Of a DNA stretch of 64,000 nucleotides, positions 1-10,501 are shown one piece after another; position 1 is the first letter of the stretch; every line of letters begins with the position of its first letter. Below the pieces are notes generated by a model that made no database searches, had not been told where the DNA came from, and saw only the letters and a program-made list of their open reading frames with translations. Source of the stretch: SAR202 cluster bacterium (GTDB lineage: Bacteria; Chloroflexota; Dehalococcoidia; Lucifugimonadales; UBA6952); NCBI GenBank assembly GCA_009392515.1, contig VFGE01000020.1, positions 3,239 through 67,238 of the forward strand, in the 5' to 3' direction. The position numbers were made by a program, and so were the translations under genes.

Positions 1-291
1 CAAATTCATAGTATCGTAAATTGCCAAACCAGAACTAATAACACCTCCAGGACTATTAATATATAGATTAATATCTTTATCTGGATCTTCTCTTTCAAGA
101 TAAAGTAATTGAGCAACAATTAAATTAGCAACTTGATCATTTATCTGTGTACCTAAAAAAATAATTCGTTCACGTAGTAATAATGAATAAATATCAAATG
201 CTCTTTCACCTCTAGCAGAAGTTTCAATTACCATGGGAATTACATTTTTGTTATCTATATTTTCATTTATACCATTAATGTCATATAACAT
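1..291 (-). CDS. clpP: ATP-dependent Clp protease proteolytic subunit ClpP, N-terminal part (gene runs off the window start)
   Basis: Own reverse-strand translation from the ATG at 291-289: [97 protein letters not shown]. This matches the ClpP N-terminal consensus (RIIFLG, AQLLYLE, YINSPGG). It lies directly downstream of tig. Confidence 0.9.
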   Translation of the reverse strand, partial: MLYDINGINENIDNKNVIPMVIETSARGERAFDIYSLLLRERIIFLGTQINDQVANLIVAQLLYLEREDPDKDINLYINSPGGVISSGLAIYDTMNL

Positions 292-301
292 ATAGTTCTC
301 C

Positions 302-1684
302 TTATTTTGATGATTTTGGCTTTGTAACCTTTGCTTTAGTTTTTGTAGTTTTGGGTTTAGTAACCTTAGGCTTCACACCCTTTTTCTCCTTTTTGGGAGA
401 ATCGTTTTCACCTTCAGCAATCGCAATTAAGCGTTCCAAAGTTTTTCTTCTTGAAAGCATGTTTCTTAAATTATTTCTGGATTCTTCTGTAGAAAATGTT
501 TTTTCTATTTCTTCTTTTCTTTCCTCGGAAGCTTCTATCGCATCGCTTATTTCTTTATCTAAGTCTTCTTCTGTGACAGTAATTCCTTCCAATTCCGCGA
601 GGGTTTCTAATGCATATGTAGTAGTAAGGCGATCAGTTGCTGATTGCTTAGCTTCCTCTTGAAATTCTTCAGGTTTTTTACCAATTATGGTTAAATATTG
701 TTCTATATTAACCTTATTTTGCTTTAGTGTTTCGGCTTGATTATCAATTATTGCCTGGGTTTCTTGATCAACCAAAATAGGAGAAACTTCTAATGTTGCT
801 CGATTTTTAAGCTCTTCTAATATTTTATTCTCATATTCTCTTTGTGCAGTCGTATTTGCATTTTCAAACAAATTATTTTTTATTTGTTCTCGTAATGCTG
901 CAACACTTTCAAATCCATCACCGACACCTTTAGCAAAATCATCATCCAGTTCTGCTAAATCTTTAGCCTTTACATCTTTTAAAGTAACAGTAAATTCACA
1001 GTCTTTTCCAGCAACTTCTTTGTCTTCATATTCTTCTGGAAAAGGTATTGTAAAAGTTTTGGTTTCATTCAATGCCATATCTAAAAGGTATGCATGAAAA
1101 CCTTCTACTGGACGATTGTTATGTTCTGTAACCAAATACACTACATCTGTTTGATTAGCAACTTCTTTATCTTCAACTTTTGCTATGAGATCTATAGTAA
1201 TTTGATCATCGTTTGCCACGGGTCGTTCCATTGGCACCCAATTAGAATTTGCCCAACGTAAATCCGTTATTACTGCTTCAATTTGCTCTTCTGGAATTGC
1301 AACAGGTTCTTTTGGAACGCGAATTTCTCTATAAGCATCTAAAGTTACTTTTGGCTCTAAGCCAATATTAATTTTTAATGTTAGTGGGTCTTCCGATACT
1401 ATATTTACCAAGGGTCTGCCAACACTTTCATCAGCATTATCTACAATTGCATCCTGTACTATTGAAGGCATACCTATGTTAAAGGCTTCATTTTTAATGT
1501 ATTCAACACCAAAATATGAATTCAGAATTGATTTAGGTACTTTGCCTTTTCTAAAACCGTCGATTTTTGCTTGCTGTCCTATTTTTTGATAAGCTCTATC
1601 CATAAATGGATCTAAGTCATCATCTATTAGTTCAACTGTTAATTCAATTTCCCTTTCAGGTAATTCATTTCTGGTTACTTTCAA
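302..1684 (-). CDS. tig: Trigger factor (ribosome-associated chaperone/PPIase) with a Lys-rich C-terminal tail
   Basis: Contains the GFRKGKVP ribosome-binding signature and has trigger-factor length and domain order. A TTG at 1684 preceded by GGGGAG gives the canonical MKVT start; the ORF-track GTG start is at 1696. The tig-clpP synteny supports the call. Confidence 0.9.
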   Translation of the reverse strand: MKVTRNELPEREIELTVELIDDDLDPFMDRAYQKIGQQAKIDGFRKGKVPKSILNSYFGVEYIKNEAFNIGMPSIVQDAIVDNADESVGRPLVNIVSEDPLTLKINIGLEPKVTLDAYREIRVPKEPVAIPEEQIEAVITDLRWANSNWVPMERPVANDDQITIDLIAKVEDKEVANQTDVVYLVTEHNNRPVEGFHAYLLDMALNETKTFTIPFPEEYEDKEVAGKDCEFTVTLKDVKAKDLAELDDDFAKGVGDGFESVAALREQIKNNLFENANTTAQREYENKILEELKNRATLEVSPILVDQETQAIIDNQAETLKQNKVNIEQYLTIIGKKPEEFQEEAKQSATDRLTTTYALETLAELEGITVTEEDLDKEISDAIEASEERKEEIEKTFSTEESRNNLRNMLSRRKTLERLIAIAEGENDSPKKEKKGVKPKVTKPKTTKTKAKVTKPKSSK

Positions 1685-1777
1685 AATACTCCCCACATAA
1701 ATAAGTTATTACTATAAACAGTCTATGATATATCACCGAAACATAAGTATACCATTTTAATTAAAAGTTTTTAATAG

Positions 1778-3592
1778 TTAATCTTCCTTGGATATAATTA
1801 AATGTAATTCTTCCAATTGCTCTTGTGGGATCAGTGAAGGTGTGCCAAATAATGGATCACTACCACTTTGTGTTTTTGGAAATGCTATTACATCCCTAAT
1901 TGATTCAGCATTGTCGGTTAATAAAGTAATCAAACGATCTATTCCAGGAGCAATTCCACCGTGTGGAGGAGCCCCATATTCAAGAGCTTCTAAAAGTTGA
2001 CCAAATCTTTCAATTTTACTTTCATTATCATATCCTAAAAAGTCTAGTATTTTTTCAAGTTTAGCTCGCGAATGGATTCGAATACTGCCACTAGCTAATT
2101 CCATTCCATTACATACTAAATCATAATGACGTGCTCTCATTTCTCCCGGTGAAGTATCTAGCAAATCCCAGTCTTTTTCTAATGGAGAAGTAAATAAATG
2201 ATGAGATGGCTGCCAATTGTTTGTTTCATCATCCCATTCAAAAACAGGAAAGTTCGTAATAAATGCAAAGGCCATATCAGTCTTATTAAATAGTTCTTCT
2301 CTTTCTGCAATTTCATTTCTTAATTGAGACATACATGTATTAACTACTTTGCTAGAATCCGCCATTATCAATATAAGGCTACCTGGACTAGCTTTAGTAA
2401 AATCAATTATTGATTTAATTTCATCTATAGTTAATATTTTTGAAACTGATGATCGTATATCTTCTATAGTTAAATCGTCGATAGAACTTAGTTCCTCTGA
2501 AACACCTATATACATCAAACCTTTACCGCCACGTGTTTTGACAAACGCAACAAGATCATCTAGTTGCCTGCGAGAGTATTTATTTAAATCAGGTATCATC
2601 AATGCTTTTGCTATACCGCCTTCATTTATGGGATTAGTAAGCACATGGGCAGATGAAGTTTTTGCAATTTCAGTAAGATTAATCAACTCTAGTCCAAATC
2701 TTAAATCGGGTTTATCTGTTCCATATTTATCCATGACATCGTCGTAGCTCAATTTTGGGAATGAACCAACAATAGTTCTATTATCAACCACATTTTCGAT
2801 AATTTCCGTATAAAGATCTTTAATCAGAGTCATAACATCATCTTCGTTTACAAAACTCATTTCAATATCTAATTGAGTATGTTCTAATTGTCGATCTCCT
2901 CGTAAATCTTCATCTCTAAAACATCGTGCTATTTGAAAATATTTTTCAAAACCGGAAACCATAAGTAATTGTTTTAGTTGTTGAGGAGATTGAGGAAGTG
3001 CATAAAAAGTACCTGGGTTCATCCGACTAGGAACGACAAAATCTCTAGCTCCTTCTGGTGTACTCTTGATTAAAATAGGAGTTTCAATTTCCATAAACCC
3101 TTTTTGGCTTAAAAATTCTCTTATGTGCTTCACTACGTTATGACGAAGTATTATATTCTGATGCATCGCAGATTTTCTCAGATCTAAATATCGATAGCGA
3201 AGACGAATCTGTTCATCTGTATTATCACTATCGTCAGAGATTTCAAAAGGAGGTGTCTTTGACTCATTTAAAACTTCCAACTCGGAACAATGAACTTCAC
3301 ACATACCACTAGGAATTCTAGTATTCTCTGTACCAGCAGGCCTAGGCATAACTTTACCTTTTATAGATACAACCCATTCCGGTCGTAAAGTTTGGGCGTC
3401 TAAATAACTTTTCTCTGATATTCCTTGATCAAAAACTACTTGAACTATTCCTGAATTATCTCGTAAATCTATAAATACTAATCCTCCGTGATCGCGTCTT
3501 TTATGCACCCATCCAGCAAGATTAATTGTTTGCCCTTCTTTGTCTAATGTAACATCGCTACAATTAGTATCTTTAATCACGATACTCTCCAT
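1778..3592 (-). CDS. aspS: Aspartyl-tRNA synthetase (bacterial type)
   Basis: 604-aa class II aaRS. Motif 2 is FRDEDLRGDRQLEHTQLD and motif 3 is PPHGGIAPGIDRL. It has an N-terminal OB-fold region and the bacterial insertion-domain length. Confidence 0.92.
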   Translation of the reverse strand: MESIVIKDTNCSDVTLDKEGQTINLAGWVHKRRDHGGLVFIDLRDNSGIVQVVFDQGISEKSYLDAQTLRPEWVVSIKGKVMPRPAGTENTRIPSGMCEVHCSELEVLNESKTPPFEISDDSDNTDEQIRLRYRYLDLRKSAMHQNIILRHNVVKHIREFLSQKGFMEIETPILIKSTPEGARDFVVPSRMNPGTFYALPQSPQQLKQLLMVSGFEKYFQIARCFRDEDLRGDRQLEHTQLDIEMSFVNEDDVMTLIKDLYTEIIENVVDNRTIVGSFPKLSYDDVMDKYGTDKPDLRFGLELINLTEIAKTSSAHVLTNPINEGGIAKALMIPDLNKYSRRQLDDLVAFVKTRGGKGLMYIGVSEELSSIDDLTIEDIRSSVSKILTIDEIKSIIDFTKASPGSLILIMADSSKVVNTCMSQLRNEIAEREELFNKTDMAFAFITNFPVFEWDDETNNWQPSHHLFTSPLEKDWDLLDTSPGEMRARHYDLVCNGMELASGSIRIHSRAKLEKILDFLGYDNESKIERFGQLLEALEYGAPPHGGIAPGIDRLITLLTDNAESIRDVIAFPKTQSGSDPLFGTPSLIPQEQLEELHLIISKED

Positions 3593-3769
3593 TAATCTAT
3601 ATATTTTAAATTAAACAGTAGATGAAATTATAATTGAAATTACTACGTAGTTCCAATTATTTTAAATTTTAATCTATGTTCAAAAACATACAACAGGCAA
3701 TATATTGCGATTGACAATAAAAAATGGATATAATTACCGAACTAGAAATGTAGAACAAGAAGGTGTTTG

Positions 3770-5614
3770 ATGGCGAATAAAAGAGTACTAATTGACAATA
3801 ACCCAGGAAGAAATGCACAAACTTATGGTATAGCAAGAGAACTTGGCACAGAAATGGAGTTAATCCACGAGCCTTCTGTAGGAGTTATAGGAAACAAAGG
3901 AGACTCTCAGTGTTATCTGGGAGTGCAACAAAAAGTTGAAAAAATTCATTCTACACTTTTGAAAAATATTGGGCTTGGTGACAATAAAATTAAAATGCGA
4001 TTAGTTCAACCTGAATATACTATTGCAACTTCTGACGGTATGAGGAACGGGACTAGAGAAATGAGATATTCACTCATTGGTAGAGAAGTTACTCATGATT
4101 CTATATGTGAACACTTGAGTGCTACAGGATTAGAAGGAATTATTGCCGTAGTTGCTTGTGACAAACCACCTGTCGGGACCCTGTCAGGAATTTTAGAACA
4201 TAACAGACCATCTATAATGATGTCTGATGGAACCATACGTCCTGGAATAGATTCAAAAACTAATGAAAAAATCGATATTATTTCTGGATTCCAAGTAGCA
4301 GGAGACGAGAACGAAGAATTCAAAAAACGAATTGCATCTGAAGCTTGTCCAGGATACGGAAGTTGTGGTGGAATGTTTACCTATAATACTATGCAAACTT
4401 TTCTTGGGGTAGTCGGTATGGAACCTTTACATATGGTTTCTCCTGCTTCCCAAGATCCAAGAAGAATGAAAGAATTCCCAGACGAACTTGTTGGTTATTT
4501 ACGCAATTTAATTGCCAATCAAATTACACCACGTGACATTGTCACTAGAGACTCAATTAGAAATGCTATGATTGTGGCTATGTCTGTAGGTGGATCAACA
4601 AATGTTTTATTACATGCACCAGAAATTGCGAGAGCAGCAGGATATACTAACTTTTTTGAACAAATCATGTCTGAAGAAGAATTTAATACACTTTCGCAAT
4701 ATGTTGTTCCTGTTCTTATTGATGCGAGACCTTTTGGACAATACTCGATGGTGGACATAGACGAAATGGGTGGTGTGCAAGTAATTGTAAAAGAATTACT
4801 CGATGTTGGGCTACTAAATGGAGATACTTTAACCTGTACAGGTGAAACACTTGCAGAACAAGTTGCAAGATTAAATCCCCCTGCTCCAGACGGGAAGGTT
4901 ATATATCCGGTAGAAACTCCATATAAAGAAACTGGAGGTTTAAGAATTCTTGGTGGAAACGTTTCAACTGATTTTACTGCAATTTTGAAACTTGCAGGTG
5001 TTGAAGGCGGGCTAGAAAACAATATATTTAATGGTAAAGCAAGAGTATTTGATGGCGAAAGACAATTATTAGATGCTTTAGAAAATCGGCCAGAAATATT
5101 TGAAGATCGTGATATGGTAATCGTCAGATATGAAGGTCCTAGTGGTGCTCCAGGCATGCCTGAAATGTTAGATTCAACCTCACGAATTACGACTTTATGT
5201 AGGCAAAAAGACATAGTTGTTGCCTTAATGACTGATGCAAGATTTTCTGGTGGGTCTGTTGGTCTCGTTATAGGTCATGTTGGACCAGAAGCAGCGCTAG
5301 GAGGACCAATAGCACTCATAAAAGATGGAGATAGTATAGTTGTTGATCTTAATAATAATCAAATCAATTGTTTGGAATTATCTGATCCAAAAATTATGCA
5401 ACAGAGGAAGAGTGCTTGGGAAAAAATAGTAGAATCTAATGGTGGAACTCATCCATCTATTGGAGATGCTAATACTAGACTACTAAACCGTATGAGGTTT
5501 TCATCTGTTTCAGCAAAATACGGGGCTGGTATGCATCCTAATAGAGAACTTTGGGTCAGTGAACCTAGATCTCCTGAAAAGTCTACATTTACACCTCGTA
5601 ACAAATATCGTTAA
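3770..5614 (+). CDS. IlvD/Edd-family dehydratase (dihydroxy-acid or sugar-acid dehydratase)
   Basis: Family motifs are VACDKPPVG, CPGYGSCGGMFTYNTM and the C-terminal TDARFSGGS. The ATG at 3770 sits 4 nt after AAGGTG; the ORF track begins one codon earlier at TTG 3767. The exact substrate is not assignable from sequence. Confidence 0.8.
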   Translation: MANKRVLIDNNPGRNAQTYGIARELGTEMELIHEPSVGVIGNKGDSQCYLGVQQKVEKIHSTLLKNIGLGDNKIKMRLVQPEYTIATSDGMRNGTREMRYSLIGREVTHDSICEHLSATGLEGIIAVVACDKPPVGTLSGILEHNRPSIMMSDGTIRPGIDSKTNEKIDIISGFQVAGDENEEFKKRIASEACPGYGSCGGMFTYNTMQTFLGVVGMEPLHMVSPASQDPRRMKEFPDELVGYLRNLIANQITPRDIVTRDSIRNAMIVAMSVGGSTNVLLHAPEIARAAGYTNFFEQIMSEEEFNTLSQYVVPVLIDARPFGQYSMVDIDEMGGVQVIVKELLDVGLLNGDTLTCTGETLAEQVARLNPPAPDGKVIYPVETPYKETGGLRILGGNVSTDFTAILKLAGVEGGLENNIFNGKARVFDGERQLLDALENRPEIFEDRDMVIVRYEGPSGAPGMPEMLDSTSRITTLCRQKDIVVALMTDARFSGGSVGLVIGHVGPEAALGGPIALIKDGDSIVVDLNNNQINCLELSDPKIMQQRKSAWEKIVESNGGTHPSIGDANTRLLNRMRFSSVSAKYGAGMHPNRELWVSEPRSPEKSTFTPRNKYR

Positions 5615-6795
5615 TGGAACAAAACCAAAACATTGACCGAATAACAAATCTCGATTTTATACGAGGAATTGCTGTATTAGGTATTCTTATTATGAATGCA
5701 ATATCATTTGTCTTGCCTAAATCTGCCTATTATAACCCTTCCTCTGCAGGAACAGATAACATTCTTGATTGGATTTTTGTTGCTCTAAGTCAAATATTTG
5801 TTGCTGAAAAAATGATGGGGTTATTTTCTCTGCTATTTGGTGCAAGTATCGTATTATTTATAGAGTCACAAAAACGTCGTGATCGTAGGCATCCTCATAT
5901 ACTCAGTATTTGGAGAAATGTCATTTTATTAATAATTGGTTCAATACATGCATCTATCTGGTTCGGTGATGTTTTGATAATTTATGCATTATGTGCACCT
6001 GTTGTACTTCTATTATATCGAATGAATAGATATTTCAATTTAATACTTGGGGTGTTGTTTATTAACCTTTCAATAATATTTGCAATTATATTTCAACCAA
6101 TTTTTGATGCCCAAGGTAACTTAATTATAACTGGCTGGGTAAAAGATTTTGTCTTATCATCTCAATCTGAAGCTTCCAAAATTGGATTAGGTGAATTATG
6201 GTTTGCCGATAAGACAATGACTGGGGAATTATTTGGTAGTTATATTGTGATCGACGCTTTTGGAAGAGCTTTAGGAATGATGTTAATAGGAGTTTTTCTA
6301 TATCGTTCAAATATTCTTCAAGGAAGCTATAGCAACTCTTTTTATAAAAAAATGGCAATTGCTGGATTTACAATTGGTATTCCATTAGCAACATATTCAC
6401 TGATCTGGGGAATTACAAAAGATTATAGCCCAAGTATTGCTCTTATTCACGCTAATCCTCATAGAATTGCCAATTTACCTTTAGTACTTGGGTACGTGGG
6501 ACTTCTCACAATATTAAATACAAAATTACCTCTTCAATACCTTACGAGAATTAGGTCAGTTGGGAAAATGGCACTTACAAATTATTTAACCCAAACCTTA
6601 ATAAGTACAGTAATTTTTACAATCATATTTTCTAATTTGATTCTTAGTCGATCAGAGTTAATACTTTATGTAATAGTAATTTGGACACTTCAAATTTACT
6701 GGTCAAAATACTGGTTAGACCATTTTCAATATGGTCCATTTGAATGGATTTGGAGAAAATTAACATACATAAATGCTAAGGAAAAAAATACTTAA
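5614..6795 (+). CDS. DUF418/YeiB-family polytopic membrane protein
   Basis: N-terminal RITNLDFIRGIAVLGILIMN and C-terminal YGPFEWIWRKLTY are typical of YeiB/DUF418 proteins. It has multiple hydrophobic spans. The start overlaps the upstream stop (TAATG). Confidence 0.7.
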   Translation: MEQNQNIDRITNLDFIRGIAVLGILIMNAISFVLPKSAYYNPSSAGTDNILDWIFVALSQIFVAEKMMGLFSLLFGASIVLFIESQKRRDRRHPHILSIWRNVILLIIGSIHASIWFGDVLIIYALCAPVVLLLYRMNRYFNLILGVLFINLSIIFAIIFQPIFDAQGNLIITGWVKDFVLSSQSEASKIGLGELWFADKTMTGELFGSYIVIDAFGRALGMMLIGVFLYRSNILQGSYSNSFYKKMAIAGFTIGIPLATYSLIWGITKDYSPSIALIHANPHRIANLPLVLGYVGLLTILNTKLPLQYLTRIRSVGKMALTNYLTQTLISTVIFTIIFSNLILSRSELILYVIVIWTLQIYWSKYWLDHFQYGPFEWIWRKLTYINAKEKNT

Positions 6796-8522
6796 TTACT
6801 GACTACTAATTCTGACCAATGCCAGGACTCTGAATTACGTATATTAATTACACCAGAGTTATAATTTTGTGTTTTATTACTAATTAATATTCCTACATGA
6901 TCTGTTATTGGTTCGAAAAGCAAAGCTTGCTCGAGAACATATTTTTGAATATCGATTATATGTTTTTCTCTTTCAATATTTGATGTATTTTGTAACTCAA
7001 TAAGTTGATCCAAATAATCAATTTGATGATTACTAATAGAATATTCACCGTTACTGTGTAACATTCCATATAAAAAGGTATTTGGAATATCAATCGGTAT
7101 CTTAGGTCCGAGGGATATATCATAATTTTTTTCAATCCAAACTTTCTGATAATATTCTTTGGGATTTAATACTTGGTATCGAACTTGGAAACCAGCTTCG
7201 GTGAGAATTCTGAGATATTTATCACCCAAATTTATATACTGATCACCATAGTCTCCAACATAAAAATCAATAGTATCATCTAGCCTCTCAAGATTTGCAG
7301 AATTTGTTTGATCATAATTCAAAGATTGAGTCAGTTCTGGAAGGTTAGTATAGGTTGTTTCTGATTTAGTAGAAAGTTCCCAACCACTAGAAGCTATAGG
7401 CAATCCAATACTTAATGAATCATAGGAATTTAAATCTAAATGCGAAAATATATATCTTCTAAAATGAACGTCATCAATTGGATAAACTGAAGCATTCAAT
7501 GCAAACAAAACGCCTTTACTATAATTTGGATTTATATCTATACAAGGCAAAATATTTAAAGAACAATGAGAAAAATGATTACCAGTTTTATCATCAATCA
7601 TAGATGCATTTATTTCGAGGTCTTTTATACCTAGCAATCGTTTCATTGACCAATAATCAACTATTGATACATTTACTTTTTCAGAAAGTACTAAAGCAAT
7701 TCTAGTATTCTCATTACTAACTGGTGAGATAAAAAATTCTTGAGCTTTAGGGAAACCTTCTTCAAAATAATTTGGATTTGCTGTAAATTCAAACCTATCG
7801 ACTGAATTCTCATTATATACCCAAGGGCCAGTTCCTATCGTAGGGCCAAAACGCAGACCTTCTTTAAGGTTTTGTAGTTCATATGGAATAATTTTAATAT
7901 TCCCATGAGCTAATCGCATCAATAAATCCGCATCAGGATACTTGAGTAATATTCGAACTTTTGATTCTTCTATTTCTTCAACCATATCTAATGAATTTAA
8001 TATACTCGAACTAGACCAATCGTTATTTTTTATTCTATTAAGGCTTTCAACAACATCCTTAGCTATCAATTTTCGACCTGAAGTTGGTATTTTGTCATGC
8101 CAAAATACATCTTGACGTAATGTAATATGATATTCAATATCACTGACTTGAATCCATTCAATACAAATATCACAAGTAATTTTAAATTCATTAAATCGTA
8201 ATAATCTACTATAAGAAATACCAGGGCCCATAGATAGTAATGAATCTGAACTATCCTCATGTACATCAAAATGTTCTGGATTTTTAGGTGAAGCTAAACT
8301 AAGAGTTCCTTGAGGTATATGAGCAATTACATTTTTAGTTTGAACTCTTTCAAGTTCTTTTTCTAAAGCCAATGTTGGTGTAGGTATAATCACTGGAATT
8401 GTGACCAGCGGTGTAGAAGTAGGAGTAGTAACTGACAATTCATCATTTTCAGTATTGCAGGCAACTAATCCAATTGTAGTTAAAATAATGGATAATTTAA
8501 TTAATAACTTTACATAAAACAT
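6792..8522 (-). CDS. ABC-transporter substrate-binding lipoprotein, family 5 (peptide/nickel type); orphan, no permease nearby
   Basis: Signal peptide with a lipobox (TTIGLVAC). The family-5-like core is ITLRQDVFWHD...LIAKDVVESLNRI. The 576-aa length fits. Confidence 0.6.
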   Translation of the reverse strand: MFYVKLLIKLSIILTTIGLVACNTENDELSVTTPTSTPLVTIPVIIPTPTLALEKELERVQTKNVIAHIPQGTLSLASPKNPEHFDVHEDSSDSLLSMGPGISYSRLLRFNEFKITCDICIEWIQVSDIEYHITLRQDVFWHDKIPTSGRKLIAKDVVESLNRIKNNDWSSSSILNSLDMVEEIEESKVRILLKYPDADLLMRLAHGNIKIIPYELQNLKEGLRFGPTIGTGPWVYNENSVDRFEFTANPNYFEEGFPKAQEFFISPVSNENTRIALVLSEKVNVSIVDYWSMKRLLGIKDLEINASMIDDKTGNHFSHCSLNILPCIDINPNYSKGVLFALNASVYPIDDVHFRRYIFSHLDLNSYDSLSIGLPIASSGWELSTKSETTYTNLPELTQSLNYDQTNSANLERLDDTIDFYVGDYGDQYINLGDKYLRILTEAGFQVRYQVLNPKEYYQKVWIEKNYDISLGPKIPIDIPNTFLYGMLHSNGEYSISNHQIDYLDQLIELQNTSNIEREKHIIDIQKYVLEQALLFEPITDHVGILISNKTQNYNSGVINIRNSESWHWSELVVSN

Positions 8523-8615
8523 AATTATATTTCTTTTATATACTTTCTTAATGATACCAAAAATTGTCTTAAATGATTATCGATATTAATATAGTGTGAT
8601 TATTGGAGTTTATTT

Positions 8616-9416
8616 ATGCTTATTGATTGCCATTCACATCTCGCAAATTATAATGAAAATGAAATCTCTGAAATAATTTCAAGAGCCAAAAAATCAGGCA
8701 TATCTTATATATTTTCAGCAGGAACTGACATAAAGAACTCTGAAAAAACTATCCATTTAGCTAATAGTAATGATGAAATCTATTGTGGAGTAGGAATTCA
8801 CCCCAATAGAGTAACAGATGATCTAAAAGATAATGACTTCTACAAATTGGAACAATTAGCTCAATCAAGTGATAAGGTTATTACAATGAGCGAAACAGGT
8901 ATGGACTATATGCCTAATGCTCCTGAAAGAAAAAAACAAGAAGAAGTATTTGTGGTCCAAATCACTATAGCAAAAAAATTAAAATTACCTATCATTTGGC
9001 ACTCACAAATTCCTGAAATTAATTCTTTTGGTAATCATAAAAATACTTTAGATATCCTCAATAATGAACATGCATATACAGTTGGAGGAATCATGCATTA
9101 CTTTCAAGCAGATTATCCAACAGCTAAAAAAGCTATTGAAAATGGATTTTTAATATCTTTTGCCAAACCATTATTAAGGCAAAAACATCAAAAAGAAATT
9201 GTTGAAAAGATACCTCTAGAACATATTGTTTTAGAAACAGATTCCTCGCCGCAACCATGGAAAAAAAATCGTTCTCTTTGGACTGAACCAAAGGATATTT
9301 TACTTGTTGCTCAAAAAATTGCCCAAATCAAAAATATTTCTTTTGAAACAGTAATGAACACAACCAGTGATAATATAAACCAACTATTCGACAACAAATT
9401 CAAAAAAGCTAATTAA
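8616..9416 (+). CDS. tatD: TatD-family metal-dependent hydrolase/DNase
   Basis: N-terminal LIDCHSHL, then GVGIHP, ETGMDY and ETDSSP motifs in TatD order. Length is 266 aa. Confidence 0.85.
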   Translation: MLIDCHSHLANYNENEISEIISRAKKSGISYIFSAGTDIKNSEKTIHLANSNDEIYCGVGIHPNRVTDDLKDNDFYKLEQLAQSSDKVITMSETGMDYMPNAPERKKQEEVFVVQITIAKKLKLPIIWHSQIPEINSFGNHKNTLDILNNEHAYTVGGIMHYFQADYPTAKKAIENGFLISFAKPLLRQKHQKEIVEKIPLEHIVLETDSSPQPWKKNRSLWTEPKDILLVAQKIAQIKNISFETVMNTTSDNINQLFDNKFKKAN

Positions 9417-9934
9417 TATATTGGCGCGATAACATAATATCTAACCACATAGCCAAAAACAATTAATATTGACGCGACACCAAATGATGACATAAAAGAT
9501 GCACCAATTAAAACTTTACAACACATCATAAGGGTCAATAATACCCAAATTAATGACATCACCAAGATGAGATATACTGAAAATGAAAGCCCAACCAAAG
9601 CAAACATTAATGTAAGTAACCAAGGAGCGTGACAAAAACCAATTATTGATAATGAAGATATAAATTTTATCTGATTCCTATATAAAAAATTCCCAATAAT
9701 ATAATATCCAATAGTTATTAAAAACCATTGAATAAATATTGATACGGTTACAGGAATAATTACAGAAAATGAATGCATATCTCCAATAATCCTGCCAAAT
9801 GATTCTGCTAACGAAATTAATATAATAATTAATAAAGATTGTTTAATTGAATTTGGTTCGTCAATTATTTCGCGAAAAGTCATTGGACGTAACTGTATTA
9901 CTCTAAATATTCGACCCAATATACCTTCTATCAA
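9413..9934 (-). CDS. Yip1-like small polytopic membrane protein
   Basis: 173 aa with about 5 hydrophobic helices after a short polar N-terminus. The TTG start lies 6 nt after a GAGG that overlaps the upstream stop. The family call is made by eye only. Confidence 0.4.
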   Translation of the reverse strand: MIEGILGRIFRVIQLRPMTFREIIDEPNSIKQSLLIIILISLAESFGRIIGDMHSFSVIIPVTVSIFIQWFLITIGYYIIGNFLYRNQIKFISSLSIIGFCHAPWLLTLMFALVGLSFSVYLILVMSLIWVLLTLMMCCKVLIGASFMSSFGVASILIVFGYVVRYYVIAPIY

Positions 9935-9942
9935 TTATAACC

Positions 9943-10422
9943 TCAATTATTCTTGTATGATTTTTTAGAACGCTTATCGATCGTTCTTTGCATTTCATCT
10001 TCTATAAGCTTAAAGTCATTTTTAGGTATTAAGTGTAAATCTCCCAAAAATGCTAAATGCCAATCTTCAGGACGCCAATTTTTTATAAATTGCATTCTAG
10101 GAGCAAGGATTTTTGCATCAATAAATTCTTCTTTGTTTAAGACACATTCAGGTTCCATATGAACTCTAAGAGAAAAATCCTCTTTCTCATGAATATATGT
10201 CCATTGTTTCGAATGGTCTTCAAAATATTCGGATGTAATATTTAAACTTGTAGTGAATGAAGATAGCTGTTGAACATAAATTAGCAATCTATCACCTACC
10301 AACATTCTCTTTATCTTTTTATGGTGTGGAACACGAAAACCTTGAACAGAGTAACCAAGGTTTTTCGTCACTAAAAAATTTTCTTCTGTTAGAGAAAGCA
10401 TCCAATAATTTCTTGGCATCAT
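9943..10422 (-). CDS. EVE/PUA-like domain protein
   Basis: The pattern NYWMLSLTEENF...GDRLLIYV...ITSEYFED...FSLRV...FIKNW...W..AFLGDLHLIPKNDFKLIE matches remembered archaeal/bacterial EVE-domain (PF01878-type) proteins. Confidence 0.5.
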   Translation of the reverse strand: MMPRNYWMLSLTEENFLVTKNLGYSVQGFRVPHHKKIKRMLVGDRLLIYVQQLSSFTTSLNITSEYFEDHSKQWTYIHEKEDFSLRVHMEPECVLNKEEFIDAKILAPRMQFIKNWRPEDWHLAFLGDLHLIPKNDFKLIEDEMQRTIDKRSKKSYKNN

Positions 10423-10501
10423 TCTTTCCTTAATTTATATAGATATCGGATTAATTACTATCAAATATAATAATTAATATCTATTGTATAAGCAAATGGT
10501 A

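Noticed and set aside
3593-3769. Looked for T-box or other riboswitch leaders upstream of aspS, hisS (14499-14635) and metG (50126-50207), and for riboswitches in other gaps.
   Set aside because: The leaders are only about 80-175 nt, and I could find no T-box core (GGUGNRA / UGGUACCGCG-like) or other recognisable riboswitch consensus.
4519-5214. Long antisense ORFs in the six-frame track, for example 4519-5214 (231 aa), 351-662, 2349-2747, 19935-20354, 41340-41723, 43453-43788 and 54907-55206.
   Set aside because: Each lies entirely antisense to a strongly supported conserved gene. They have Ser/Ile/Leu-rich low-complexity composition typical of shadow frames in AT-rich DNA, with no RBS and no recognisable family.
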